The position numbers and the translations under genes were made by a program. From Scenedesmus sp. PABB004 (lineage: Eukaryota), in the NCBI GenBank assembly GCA_014905635.1, contig JABVCE010000013.1, positions 682,001-746,000 on the forward strand: a stretch of DNA of 64,000 nt, read 5' to 3'. Positions 1 to 12,601 of this stretch are shown in pieces (the first letter of the stretch is position 1; every line of letters begins with the position of its first letter). The notes under the pieces are model-generated. The model saw only the letters and a program-made list of their open reading frames with translations. It searched no databases and had not been told where the DNA came from.

Positions 1-229
1 TTGCTGGCGGAGCCGCCGGCACACTCCCTGGACCTGAGCGGAGCGCCCAGTTCGCCGCCCTGGCCCGTGAATGTCCCGTCCGCGGCCCAGGGGCCGGCGG
101 GCGAGGCCGGCGCCCGCCGCCGCGCGGCGGGCGATCGCGGCGGCGATGCGGGCAATCGTCGCGCCGCGAAAAAGCAAAGTTGAATGCAGCGCCCCGCAAC
201 CGCCTGCCTCACGCACGGCCCACGGCCAA

Positions 230-3200
230 CTACGACCGGCGCCCGCCGCGCGCGAGCGCGGCCACGCGCAGCCGGCCGCCCACGCCCGCCCGCCGCCCGC
301 CGCGCCCGCCGCCCGCCTTGTGCGCGCTGCCGCCGCCGCCGCGCTCGTCGCACTCCGCGGCGGCGGCGGCGGGCTCCTTGGCGCCGCCGGGGCCGTGCGG
401 CGCGAAGAAGCCGCTGCCGCCAGCGGCGACGACCGGCGCCGCCGGCGCGCCGAGCGGGCTGCGGCCCTTGCCGGGGCTCGCGCAGCCGGCGCCGTGCGCG
501 GCCAGGCGCGGCGACTCGCAGCCGCCAAAGCCGGCGCCCGGCCGGCGCGGGCTGAACAGCCCGGGGGCGCGCCGCCGCCGCGGGGCGTGCTCGCCGCGCC
601 GCCGCCACCGGCGCCCGCGAGCGCGCCGCGCGCGCACCCAGCTCGGCCCGCGCCGCGCTGTCCTCGAGCTGCCGTATCGTGCGCGCCTGCGACATGCAGC
701 GCGCCTGCAGCTCCCGCAGCTGGCTGGTCAGCAGCAGCGCGGTGTGCGCGCCCCCGCCGGCGGCGCTCGGCGAGGGCAGCCCCGCCGCGCCGCTGAACGC
801 GCCGCCGCCGCCGCCGCCGCGGGGCGAGAAGAGCCCCGGCGGCAGCAGCGGCGGCGCGCGCGCCGCGCCCCGCGGGCGCGGCGGCCGGCGGCGTCGGCGC
901 CCGCCAGGGGCGGCTCCGCGCGGCCGCCGCAGCTGCTGTCGCTGCGCGGCAGCCCCGCGAGCGCGCGGGGCGCAGGTCCTCCGCCACCTGGGCCCGCACG
1001 CGCGCCTGCTGCAGCGCGAGCTGCAGCTTCACGAGCTCACCCCGCAGCTGCACCACCTCGCCCAGTTCCTCGGGCGCGCCGCCAGGCGCGCCGCCAGCGC
1101 CGGGCGCGCCGTCCGCGCCGCACGCCGTGCCGGGCGCTGGCGGCGCCTCGTGGTGCTCCTCCGGCCCTGCCGGCACGCTGATGCGGAGCCGCGGCGCGCC
1201 GCCCGCCCTGCCGGCGGTGGCGCGCGCCTTGGCCGCGGCGCTGCCGGCGTCGCAGCTCGCCGACAGCGGCCGGCCCTCCGCGGCGTCCAGCGGGCTGCCG
1301 CCGGGGCTGCCCGCCGCGCTGCTGCGCAGCAGCTGCTGCAGGCGGCCGTCCTTGAGGCTGTCCCGCAGCTGGTGCTGGTCGCCGCCGCCGGCCGGGGCGC
1401 CCAGCCTGGCGCGCCCGCCTGCTGCGGCGCGGCGGCCCCGCCTCGTGGCTCGCGCGCAGCAGCTCGCGCTGCTTGCCGCGGGACAGGCGGCGGCCCGCGG
1501 GGCTGCGCGCGCCGCCGCCCACGCGCGGGCTGCCGCCGACGGCGGCCGCGTCGTCCAGCTTGGCTGCGCTGCCCTGGTCGCCGCACCGCGCCTGCGGCCA
1601 GCCCGACGCGTCGGCGCCCCGCGCGACGCCGCCCGGCGCCGCCAGCGCCGCTCGCGCCTCCGCGAGCTCCGCCGCGAGCTGCCGCTGCGCCTCCGCCAGC
1701 TGCGACAGCGCGCAGGCGTCGTGGGGCTGGCGCTCCGCGCCCTGCGCCGCGCCGCGCAGCAGCTCCTCGACGCGCTGCTGCTGCGCGGCCAGCTGCGCCA
1801 GCAGCGCCGCCCACCGCTCCGGCTGCTGCGCGGGCTGCTGTGCGGGCCCGCGCTCGCTGCGCGCGCTGCCCGGCTGCTGCCAGCTGCTGCCCACCTCGTC
1901 GCCACCGCACTCGTCCTGCTCGCGGGCGGCGTGCTGGCCTCGGCGGGCCGGCGCTATCAAACCGGCTGAGCAGCGACCGCGCGAGCGGCGACGCCGCCTC
2001 TGCCGCAGCCGGCTGCAGCGGCGGCTCGTCGCTGCTCCCCTCCTCCGCCACGCCCTCCAGCTGCGCCGGCGCGCCCGCGCTCCGCTTGGCGGCGGTGCCG
2101 AGCACGCTCTGCAGCTCCAGCACCGCGGCGCCGGCGTGCAGCAGCCCGCGCGTCGCCTCCAGCTCCAGCGCGCTCGACACCTGCAGCCGGCCCTGCAGCT
2201 GCGCCGCGGCGGCGCAGGGCCACGCGGCCGCCGGCTCGGGCGGCGGCGCGCCACCGTGCCAGGGGCTGAGCGTGCTCGCGGACACCGCCCGGAAGCTGCT
2301 GGTCTCGTGCGACTCCTGCGCGAGCGCCTGCAGCTGGCCGAGCAGGTCGGCCAGCATGCCCTGGCACGCGCCGAGGCTGGCGCTGCTGCTGCCGCTGCTG
2401 CAGCTCGAGCGCGCGTCGTCCTCGCGCGCCGCGGAGCCGGAGGCGCTCCGGCTCGGCGTCGTGGACGGCGCGGCGGCAGCGCCCGGCGACGCCAGGCCGC
2501 CGGCGGGGCTGCTGCCGCCGCCGTCGCTGCTGCGCCGCGCCCGCCACACCGAGCTGCCGCCGCTCGCGAGCAGCAGGCCCTGGCTGAAGGGCGGCCGCAC
2601 GCTGCTGCCGGCGAGCGCGGCGCCGCGGCGCCCGCGGCGGGCGGGCGGCGCGGCGGCCGCTGGCGGCGCCGCCGCCGGCGCGCCCGCCGCCCCGCTGGCG
2701 CCCGGCGAGTGCAGCGACCACGCGACGGTGTAGGTGCGAAGGTACTGCCCCGGCTGGTGCCGCGCGCCCGTGCTCGCGGGGCCGCGCGGCCACGCGTCGC
2801 CGGCCGCCCCGCGCAGCACCTGGCGCGGCGGCGTGCCGGCGCCGACGCCGCACTGCAGCGCCGCGCTGTGGCGCTGGTAGCGCTGCAACGCGAGCGCCTG
2901 CTGCGCGAGCGCGGCCGCGTGGTGCTGCGAGAGGCGGTCCATCTGCAGCTTGACCTGCGACAGCTTGGCCTCCAGCTGCTTCTCCTGCAGCTGCAGGCCG
3001 ACCGCCTCGAGCTGGTGCCGCAGCAGCAGCGCCTGCTCCGCCGCAATCTCGAGGTTGGAGGGCTGCGCGCACAGCTGGCTCGTCTGCTGGCGCAGCGCCT
3101 CGATGGTCGACGCCAGCGCGTCGGCGGGCCGCGGCGCGCGCGGCGCGGAGCGCCCCCCGCGCGCCGCCGAGCGCGAAACGCTGCCGGCGGCGCCGCCGCT

Positions 3201-4113
3201 GCCCGCCGCGGCGCCGGGGGCGTGGGCGCGGGGGCGGCCTGCTCGCCGGCCGCCGCGCCCGCCTTGCTGCCATCCGGCGCGTGCCACGCTGCCTGCGCGT
3301 CCGCCACGCAGTCATCAGCGGCGGCGCTCGCGCAGCTGGCCGCCGACGGCTCCGCCGGCAGGCCGCCCGCGGGCTCCGCGGCTGGCGAGGCCGGAGCGTC
3401 GGCCGCGGCTGGCGCCGAGGCATCGGGCAGCCCCTCTGCACTCGCGCGCTCGCTGCGCGCGGGGCTGCCGCCGAGCGCCAGGCCGCCAGGCTCCCCCTCT
3501 GCCGACTCGCCGCTCGCCGCAAGCCTGCGGCCGTGCATGCGGGCCGGGTAGCGCGGCGTGAGGTCGGCGGCGCCCGACGCTCGCCGCCCACGGGGCCCGC
3601 CCGCGCCGCGCCGGCGGCCGCACCTCGCCACCAGCTCGTGAAGGGCCTCCATCTCCTGCCCCTGCGCGGTGAGCTGCTCCTGGAGCTGGCTGTTCAGCTC
3701 CTGCAGCCCCGCGACCTGGCCCTTGGCCCACATCGCGTCGGCGTGCTCCGCCGCCGCCGCCGCCGCGGCCGCCTCGCTCTCCTCCAGCCGCGCCTGCACC
3801 TCCGCGAGCATGCCCTCGGTGCACTCCAGGCAGTGGCCCTGCTGCGCCAGCAGCGCCTCGGCCGCGCCCAGCGCGCTCTCGCGCTGCTGCAGCGCCGCCT
3901 TCAGCGAGGAGTTGGTGGCCAGCAGGTCCTAAAAGCGGCGGCGGCGGCGGCGGCGGCGCTCAGCGGGGGCAGGCCTTCGAGCGGCCTCGCGGCGCGGCGG
4001 CCGAGCATCCCCCCCCCCCCCCCAGCCCTGCCCCCGGGCTCGGCCGCACCTGCAGCTGGCAGGAGAGCTGCTGCAGCTCGTCCTCATACTCTGCGATGCC
4101 CCAGGCGGGCCCC

Positions 4114-4152
<39 letters not shown>

Positions 4153-5722
4153 GCCGGCGCCGGGGCGCTGCTGACCTCCTCGCCGGCGCCGCCCGCGCCG
4201 CCCGCGATCGCCGCGGCCGAGCACGCGAGCGCCGCAGACGCGCCGGGCGACGCCGCGCGCGCACGCCCCGGGCTGCCCGCGCCGGCCGGGCCGCCCGCGT
4301 CGCCGCAGCTGCCGCTGCGGCTGAGCGGGCGGGGGCTGGCCGCCGGCGACGCGCGCATGGCGGCGGCGACCGCCCGCTCGCACGGGCCCGCCTGCGCCGG
4401 ACCCCACAGCACGAGCACGCCCGCGCCGGCGCAGTGCAGGTCGGCACCCGGCGTGCGCTGCTGCCGCCGCGCCGCGCGCCAGCCGCCGCCGGTCGCTGGC
4501 GGCTGCTCCGCGCCGCGCGTGAAGCTCGCCAGCCCGCCGCCGCTGGCGCGGACGACGCCGCTCAGCCGCTGGACCTGCTGCAGCCGCAGCTCATCCAGGC
4601 TGCTGTCCCGCGGCTCCGGCTCGTTGGCGCCGGACGGCTGCTCGCTGCCGCTGCTGGCGCGCTCGGCGGCCGCCGCGGCGCCGCGGCTGGCGGCGATCGC
4701 TGCGTGCACCGCGCGCGTGAGCTGCTGGCGGTGCGCCATCTGCTGCTGGTGCTGCGCCCACTCGCGGTGGTGCTGCCGCCAGAGCTCGTCGTGGCTGAGC
4801 TGCTCCTCCTCGCCCCGGCCGGCGCCGCCGGGCGCCTCGGGGCTGCCGGGCGCCGGCAGGCGCGCCACGGGCGTGGTTGGCGAGCCCGCCCCGCCGTCCC
4901 AGGTGCCCGGGGGCGCCAGGCTCAGCTCCTCCTCCTCCGGCAGCTCGTCGATCGACTCCTGGCGCGTGCGCGGCCGGCGCGGCGGCGGCGCGTCAGACGG
5001 GGCGGCGCGGCAGCAGCACCGCTGCCCGTGGCGGGCCCCCACCCCTGGCTCCTCCCACACCGCCGCCGCCCCCTGCGGGCGCGCCTCACCCCGTACAGCG
5101 GCCGCAGGGGGCTGAAGCACGGCTGCGGCGACGGCAGCCGGCTCGACGCCAGGCTGCTGGGCGTCGAGCAGCGCGCGGCCGCCAGCACGCTGCGCGCCGA
5201 CGCGAGGCGCCCCGCCAGGTTGGTCTTCTCACGCGTCGCGAGCTCCAGCTGCTCCTGCAGCGTCGCCACCTGCGCCTGCAGCGCGGTCGCGCGCGCCGCC
5301 GCCGCCGCCGCTGCCGCCGCCGCCGCCTCGCCGGGCGCGCCGTCGCCGCCGCCGACGTGGATGCGCAGCTGCACCAGCGCCGGCTGCTCCTGCCCCAGCG
5401 CGCTGGGCCCGAAGCTCGCCCGCAGGTCGCTTGCGCCCCGGAAGCCCTCCGCGCGGCTGCTGCTCACGGCCGCGGCGCTCGAGCCCAGCGCCTGCTGGAG
5501 CTGCCGCACCTGCGCCTGCAGCGCCGTGTTGAGCTGGCGCTCCTCCAGGAGCTGCCTGTGCAGCTCAACCGGCACAAAGCTGGCCTTGGGGATGCCGCTG
5601 ACCACGGCCGGGCCCGCGCCCGGCGCCGCCGCCTGCTGCTCGGGCCCCAGCGCCGCTGCCGCCGCGGCGTCGCCGCCGCCCGGCGCGACCACCGCGCCCT
5701 CGCCAGGCGCGTCCGTCGCCGT

Positions 5723-5779
<57 letters not shown>

Positions 5780-6277
5780 GAGCTCGCCGCCGCCCGGCTG
5801 CTGCAGCGGCTGCTGCTGCGCCGGCGCCTCCGGCGCCTCGGGGGGCTCCGCGCTCGCCGCCGCCGCGTCCGCGCGCAGCTCGCCCGACGCCGCGCGGCTG
5901 GCGGCCGCGCTGGGCGTGTGGCCGCCCAGGCGGTCAATCTTGAACCAGCGGTGCCGCCAGCTGCGGTTCTCCTTGATCGTCTGCTGCAGCGACACCTGCA
6001 CCGCCGCGAGCTCCTGCCGGCCCTCCAGGCAGCTGCGCTCGAGCTCAGCGCGCTCCCTGCAGCCAGCGGCGGCGCGTGCGGCGCGGCGGTCGAGGGCAGA
6101 AGGGGCGCGGACGCGCTCGCTCGCGCTGCGGCGGCGCCCGCGCGGCGCGGCGTGGCGCTGCGCGCACCGCTTGCTATACTCCAGCGCGTCCTCCAGCTGG
6201 CCGTTGCGGTCGCCCAGCTCGCTCAGCAGGCCGAGCGCCTGCCCCAGCTGCGCCGCGAGCGCGTCGACCTGGTCAGC

Positions 6278-6313
<36 letters not shown>

Positions 6314-8358
6314 CTCGGGCGCGCCGCGCGCCGCGACGACGCCGCGCGCGAGCGAGAGCTCCGCGCGCAGCCGCCGGTTCTCGGCGCGCAGCAGCGCCGC
6401 GTCGCCGCGCGTGTCCTCGTTCACGACCGCGCGGTTGACCAGCTTGCGCGCGCGCGAGGCAAAGCCGAGCGTGGATACCGTCTCGCCGAGGCACGCCTCA
6501 CTCGGGCTGACGTTGGCCACGATCACGGTCTTGGCGTTGCCGCCGATCGAGTCCTGGGGGGAGGCACGCGGGTTTCGGCAGGCAGCAGGGGTCGGCGGTC
6601 GGGCGGTCGGCGCGGTCGGTCGGTCGGTGGGCGGGGCGGGCGGCGGCGGCACCCGCCCGGGCGGCCGCGCGCGCCGCGGCAGGCGCGCGCGCCTGAAGCA
6701 GGAACGTGAGCTTGCTATTGCGGTAGGGGATGTGCGGCTGCTGCTCCGTGAGGCGCAGGATGACCAGCCCCAGCACGGTGAGGCTGGTGTTGATGGCGGT
6801 CGTCTCGCGCAGCCGCGCGCCGCCGTCGGCAGTGCCGCCGCCGCCGCCCGACGCCGCGCCGGCGCGCAGGCGCTCGCTGCCGGCGAGGTCGACCAGGTGC
6901 AGCCGGCTGCTGCGCACGTTGACGAGGCCCGGCTGCGGCTCGAGCCGGCTCTCGACGTGGCACGTGAAGATGCAGTGGCTCCGGCTCGACGCCGCGTTGT
7001 GCTCGGTCGCCGCGACCTGCCGCGCCGCGACGCCCGCGCGCAGCACCGCCAGCGCGTCTTGCACTGCGCACGCGCGCGGGGCGGCGTGAGCGCGGCCCCG
7101 CGCCCGGCGGCGCGCGGCCGGGGAGGGCGCTCTCACCGCTGTCGGCGACGCGCTCCGAGAGGCCCTCAACATACACGCCCTGCCGGATGTCCTCCCGCAG
7201 CGCGAGCGGCGCGCCGCCGGGGCGCAGCAGGTCATATATGTCCTCCCTGGGCGCGGCGGCGGCGGCGGGGGGGGGGGGTGTAAGGGTTTAGGGCTCTGCC
7301 AGCGCGCGCCACGAACTGACAGACAGGCGGCTGCGCGCGCCCGCGCGGCCGCCGCCCGCCGCCGCACCGGTGGATCTCCAGCATGCTGCAGCGCACCAGC
7401 CACGTGAGGCGCGGCGCGCTGCTGGCGCCGGCGCCGGCGTCGGGCGCCGCGGCTGCCGCGGCGCGGCCGTCCGCCATGCCGGCCTGCACCTCGGGCATGC
7501 GCCGCCAGAGGTAGCTGAAGATGCGCGGCAGCAGGCCCGCCTGGCGCGGGGGCGGGGGCGGGGGCGGGGCGCGCGTCGCAGTCGCGCGGCGGCGTGGCGT
7601 GGCGTGGCGTGGCACGGCGCGGCGCGGGTGCAGCCGCCCCCGCGCGCCGCGGCCGCGCCCGCGTGCCGCGCCGCTGCTGCGCGCCGCACGTTGGCCGGCA
7701 GGACGCCCTCGTGCTCCGGCAGCTCCCCGATCATCGTGTGCGTCTTGCCCGCGCCCGTCTGGCCGTACGCAAACACGCACGAGTTGAAGCCGCTCAGGCA
7801 GTTCTCCACCGTCGGCCGGCCCACCACTGCAGCGCAGCGTGGCGCGGCGCGGCGCGGAGCGGCAGGTTGGGTGGCCGGGCGGGCGGCGCGCGGGCGCCGC
7901 GCCCGCCGCCGACGCCGGGCGCGGCGGCGCACCCCGGAAGAACTCGGCCTGCGTCGTGGCCGGCCCCGCGACCCAGTTGAACGCCCACGCCGACGCGCCG
8001 CCCTCGCCCGGCCCCGAACGGCGAGGCTGTTGTGGCCATCGATCTCGAGGCACGTCGGCACGTCTGCGGCGCGCGGCGCGGCGCGCGTGGGCGGGCGCCG
8101 CGCCGCGCCGCGCCGGCGTTGCCGGCCGCGCCGCGCTGCGCACCTGGCTGCAGCTCGGTGCTCAGCACCGCCGGCCGCACGCGCACCACGACCTGCGGCG
8201 GTGGGGGCGGTGGGCGGCCGCGGCGGCGGCGGGTGCGGCGGGCGCGGCGCGTTGCGGCGGCGCGCCTTGACGTCGGTGTCGCTGGCGGGCCCCAGGCCCG
8301 GGCTGCAGCCGTCCGACGCCTCTTCAGACGCGCCCGGCGGCTCCGGCGGGCCCTGCAT
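230..8358 (-). CDS. Kinesin-12 (KIF15/POK/PAKRP-like) motor protein, multi-exon, with long coiled-coil/low-complexity tail; 3' end approximate
   Basis: Spliced motor motifs: [36 protein letters not shown] (P-loop), [90 protein letters not shown] at 8358. Coiled-coil exons continue toward ~230; tail exon boundaries and stop are uncertain. Confidence 0.9.
5723..5776 (-). repeat. CAG microsatellite encoding polyQ (18 Q) in kinesin tail
   Basis: TTG(CTG)17 on + strand, in frame with the kinesin tail exon. A shorter run lies at ~4116-4150. Confidence 0.9.
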
Positions 8359-8813
8359 GGCGCCCGTGCGGCGCTAGGGGGCCGGGGTCATTGCTGTTGG
8401 CGCCGCCGCGCCAGCCTGGGGGTGGGCGCCTGCGCCGCAGCTCGCGCCGTGGGCTTGGGGCGCTGCGGTCGAGCTCCGGGCAGCTGAGAGGCCGCCGCAC
8501 GCGCCCAGGCGAGCGGGCTGCGCGATGGGTGTGGTGGCTCGGGCGCCGCAGGCGCGGCCGGGCGGTCGTCGGCGTGTCGGGAGGTGGCGCTGGTGCGCTG
8601 GGGTGCTGCGCGGGCCCAGCTGTCGGCGTGCATTCGCGCGGTGCTGGGGCGCAAGCGCGCGGCTCTGCGAGAGGCGTGGCGACGTGGCTTTCAACGCTGC
8701 CAGTGGCCCCACCCGCTGTGCAACCGTCGAGACCGCGCCCGCCGCGCGCAGCCCCCACCGCCGCCGGCGCGCGCCACCCGCCGCCCGCCGCGGCCGCTGC
8801 CGCTGCCGCCGGC

Positions 8814-9596
8814 ATGCTCACCGCCCGCTGCGGCGCCGCCGCCGCCGGTGGTAGCGCCGCCGGCCTGCTGCGTGTCGCGCGCCAGGGCGCGCGGGCGCTC
8901 GCGCCACCAGCGCAGCAGCGGCAGCAGCAGCGTCAGGCGCGCCCGCCGCCGCCGCAGCGCCGCAGCGTCGCCGCGATGGCCGCCGCCGCCGCGGCGGCGG
9001 AGGGCGCCGTGAAGACGGTGCTCGTGCCCGTGGGCAACGGCAGCGAGGAGATGGAGGCGGTCATTGTGATCGACGTGCTGCGCCGCGCGGGCGCGCACGT
9101 CGTCGTCGCGTCGGTGGAGGACTCGCTGGAGGTCACCTGCTCGCGCGGCGTGCGGCTCGTCGCGGACGCGCTGATCGGCGACGCCGCGGCGGCGGCCGGC
9201 GCCGGCGGCGCCGGCTTCGACCTCATCGCGCTGCCCGGGGGCATGCCCGGCGCGGAGCGCCTGCGCGACAGCGCGCCGCTCGGCGCGCTCGTGGCCGCGC
9301 AGCGCGACGGCGGGCGCCGCCTCGCGGCGATCTGCGCGACGCCCGCCGTCTTCCTCGAGGCCCGGGGCCTGCTGCGCGGCGCGGCGGCAACGGCGCACCC
9401 CGCGTTCGCCGACCGCCTGTCCAACCAGGCGGCGGTGGAGGACCGCGTCGTCGTCGACGACCTGCTCACCACGAGCCGGGGGCCGGGCACGGCGTTTGAG
9501 TTTGCGCTGTCGCTCGTGGAACAGCTGTTCGGCGCGGACAAGGCCGCCGAGGTCGCGGGGCCGATGGTGATGCCCCCGGCGCCGGCGCGCAAGTGA
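8814..9596 (+). CDS. DJ-1/PfpI (YajL/ThiJ-type) protein, single domain, intronless, probable organellar transit peptide
   Basis: KTVLVPVGNGSEEMEAV, FDLIALPGGMPGAERL, AAICATP (nucleophile Cys), TTSRGPGTAFEFAL. Ala/Arg-rich N-terminal extension from ATG 8814; TGA at 9594-9596. Confidence 0.93.
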   Translation: MLTARCGAAAAGGSAAGLLRVARQGARALAPPAQQRQQQRQARPPPPQRRSVAAMAAAAAAAEGAVKTVLVPVGNGSEEMEAVIVIDVLRRAGAHVVVASVEDSLEVTCSRGVRLVADALIGDAAAAAGAGGAGFDLIALPGGMPGAERLRDSAPLGALVAAQRDGGRRLAAICATPAVFLEARGLLRGAAATAHPAFADRLSNQAAVEDRVVVDDLLTTSRGPGTAFEFALSLVEQLFGADKAAEVAGPMVMPPAPARK

Positions 9597-9844
9597 GGGG
9601 TTGGTTGTGCGGCGGCGGCGGCGGCGCACGCAGAGGCAACCGCTTGTTGGTGCGCCGGGCACGGCGGCTGCGGTTGACCGCGCTGAAACTCGGCCCGTCC
9701 CGCCGCTCTAGCTGCCGCTGCCCGCCACTGCGTGCGCAGCCCGGCCGTCGCCCCCGCGTCGCGTGGTCACGCCCAGTCCGACGGGTCCCGCAGGCCCCCC
9801 AACCGTCCGCACCTCGCGGCACCCTTCGCGCCAGCCCGCACGCG

Positions 9845-10714
9845 ATGCTGGGCCTGCTGGGAACCGTGGCGGGGGCCACGGCGCTGGAAATCAAGCGCCT
9901 CCGCCGGCGCGGCAGCCTGGAGGAGGTGCGTGCTCCGCGTGCAGCGGCCGCGGAAACAGCGATGGGCCAGCCCCCGCCCAGCGCGCTGGCACGCCGCCTC
10001 ACGCCCCACACGCGCGCGTCGCAGCTCAAGGCCATCAAGGCCAAGGAGCGTGAGCTGCGCCAGCTGCTCGAGGTGCGCGGGCGGGGCGCAGGGGGCCACA
10101 ACAGCGGCGGCGCGCGCGACGTCGGTTTGCGCGCGCCGCGCCGCCGCGGGGCCGCCAGCGTCGGTGCCGGCGCGCGCGCCCGGTCGGCGGCGCCATTCTC
10201 CAGCCCCTGGACCGGCGCGGCTCGCGCATCTCGCGCCCCGAGCCGCGGCGCCGCGGCGCCGCGCAGGCCACCAACGACGAGCTCGAGCGCGTCAAGCTGC
10301 ACAGCGAGGCCGCCGACGCCAAGGCGGCGGAGCTGGAGGCGCGCACGGCGGCGCTGGCGGGCGAGAAGGCGGCGCTGGAGGCGCGCACGAGCGAGCTGGG
10401 CGCGCAGAAGGAGGCGCTCGCGCAGAACAACTCCAAGCTGGTCATCACCAACCTCATGCTCATGCACCGCGCCAAGGCCACCGAGGAGCACTCGCGCGCG
10501 CTCATCGCAAAGCAGGAGGACCTGCAGCACCAGGCGCGCGCGCGCGCTGGGCAGGCCGCCGCGGAAGCGCCGCGCGCGCCAGGCCGGCCCGCCCACGCGC
10601 GCGCCCCGCGCGCCCGACCGCCCGCCGCCGCAGCTGGAGCAGCTGCAGCGCGACGCCGCGGCCGCGGAGGCGGGCTTTGAGTCGAGCCTCGCGGCGCTCA
10701 AGGACCAGGTGCGC

Positions 10715-10748
<34 letters not shown>

Positions 10749-12142
10749 GGCGGCGGAGCTCTGTGTGATAGATAGGGAGGAGTCGCGGGCGCCCCAGCTC
10801 CCCCCAAAAAAAAACCAATCACTGCTGCGCACACACGCAGGTCACGGGCGTGCTGGGCCGCTACTTCAGCCGCGACATCGACCTCGCCGCCGCGCTCGCC
10901 GAGATGGCGGGCCTCGGCATCGAGGTGGTCGGCATGGACGACCTCGCCAGGTGGGGCGCCGGCACGCGGCGCGGCGCGGTGCGGCGCGGTGGGAGGGGCA
11001 GCGGCACGGGCCCAGCGGGCGTGTGCGGCAGCGGCGGCGGCGGCGGCGGCGCGCTGGGCCGGGGCCCGAGCCGCCCCGCGCCCGCCCCGCGCGGCGCAGG
11101 CAACCCGGCGAGGGCATGGAGTTTGAGGTGCGGCGCGGCGGGGCGGCGCGGCGCGGCGGGGCGGCGCGGCGCGGCGCGGCCTCCTGCAAGCGTGCGGTGG
11201 CGGCGCGCAGCCCGCGCGCCGCGCGCGCTCACGCCCGCCGCTGCCGCCGCCGCCGCCGCGCAGACCAAGCTGGTGCTGGACTCGCCGCACCGCATGCAGC
11301 GACTCATGTCCGCGGCGGCGGCGCGCGCGCCGCAGCTCGGCGGCCTGCCCCACGACAGCGACGTGCCCCGGTGCGGCGCGCTGGCGGCAGGCGTCGCGCC
11401 GCGCCGCGCGCGCGCGTGCGCGCGCCGGCCGGCCGGCCGCCGCCGACCCCGCCGCCCCGCCCTCCCGCCCCGCCCGCTGGCAGGCTGGCGGGCATGAGCT
11501 TCCCCATGGGCATCACGCGGGACCCCGCGACCGGCGCGCCGCGCATCACGCTCGCGTGGCGCACGCCCGAGGCGCAGGTGCGCGCGCCGCCCGCGCCGTG
11601 GCGCCCGCGCGGCGCCGCCGCCGCCCGCGGCGCGCCAAACCCCGCCGCTGCCGCCGCGCGCGCCGCCCGCAGTCGGCCGGCGCGCTGCCGTTGTCGGGTG
11701 GCGGCGCCGCCGACAGCCAGCAGGCGGGCTCGGACCAGCAGCCCCACGCCAGGCAGCAGGCGGCGGCCAAGGCGATCAAGGAGGCGCCCGCCGCTAAGGC
11801 GCCCGCGGCGGCGGCTGCGGCGGCCGGCGGCGCCGCGGCGCTCACCTTCGCGCCCTCGCCGTCCAAGGTGCGCCGCGCCGCGGGCGCGGGCGCGCGCTCC
11901 TGCGGGAGCGCGGCACGCCACGACGCGCACCGCCGCGCCGCCCGCGCCCGCGCCACGCGCAGGCCCAGCAGCAGCACAAGGGCGGCGGCTTCAGCCTGAC
12001 GTTTGGCGGCTTTGGCATCCGCGCCGGCGGCAGCGGCGGCGGCGGCGCGAGCTCGAGCGGCGGCGGCGCGGCGCCCAGCCTGAAGCACGACGCCGACGAC
12101 GACGTGTTTGTCGGCCGCGAGCTCGCGCTCGGGCGGCGGTAG
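9845..12142 (+). CDS. Hypothetical protein, ~10 exons, N-terminal hydrophobic stretch plus coiled coil
   Basis: Phase-consistent exons: MLGLLGTVAGATALEIK..|LKAIKAKERELRQLLE|ATNDELERVK..|..AALKDQ|VTGVLGRYFSRDID..|..FVGRELALGRR*. TGCAA at ~12174. No family recognised. Confidence 0.7.
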
Positions 12143-12601
12143 GCAGGGGCAGGGCCGCGTGGCCGCGTGGCGTGCAAGCATACGCACGCGCGCGGGGCCC
12201 GCCGCGGCGGACGAAGCTGCGGCGCCGGCCGGCTGCATTTCATTGGTCTGTGGTCCTGGGCGGCGGCCCCATGTCATTCCTTTGTTCCGTGGCGGAGCTG
12301 GCGGCGGCGGCGCGCCGTGGGCGCCGCTCGGCCGTGGGCGCGCGCGGCGGCGGCGCGGCGCGCGCCTGGGCAGCGACTGAGAGCGTCCCCCGGCAACGGC
12401 GCGCGACGACGCGGACCTCGCCGGCGGCTCCGGCGGCGGCGCTGCCGCCGGGCTCTCCGCCGGCGGTGCAGCGGCGCACCGGCGCTTCGCCGCGCCGCTG
12501 TGCCGCTCCATCTGGCGCCCGCCGGCCCGCGTGCTCGCACCTTTCGCTCCCGCGCCGTCTCTCGCGCCAGCCCGCCTCCTCCGCCCGCCACGCCCTCGGC
12601 G

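Noticed and set aside
3929..3931. Apparent stop splitting the kinesin tail into two genes
   Set aside because: The TAG is part of a TTTTAG splice acceptor, and coiled-coil coding continues in frame ([12 protein letters not shown]).
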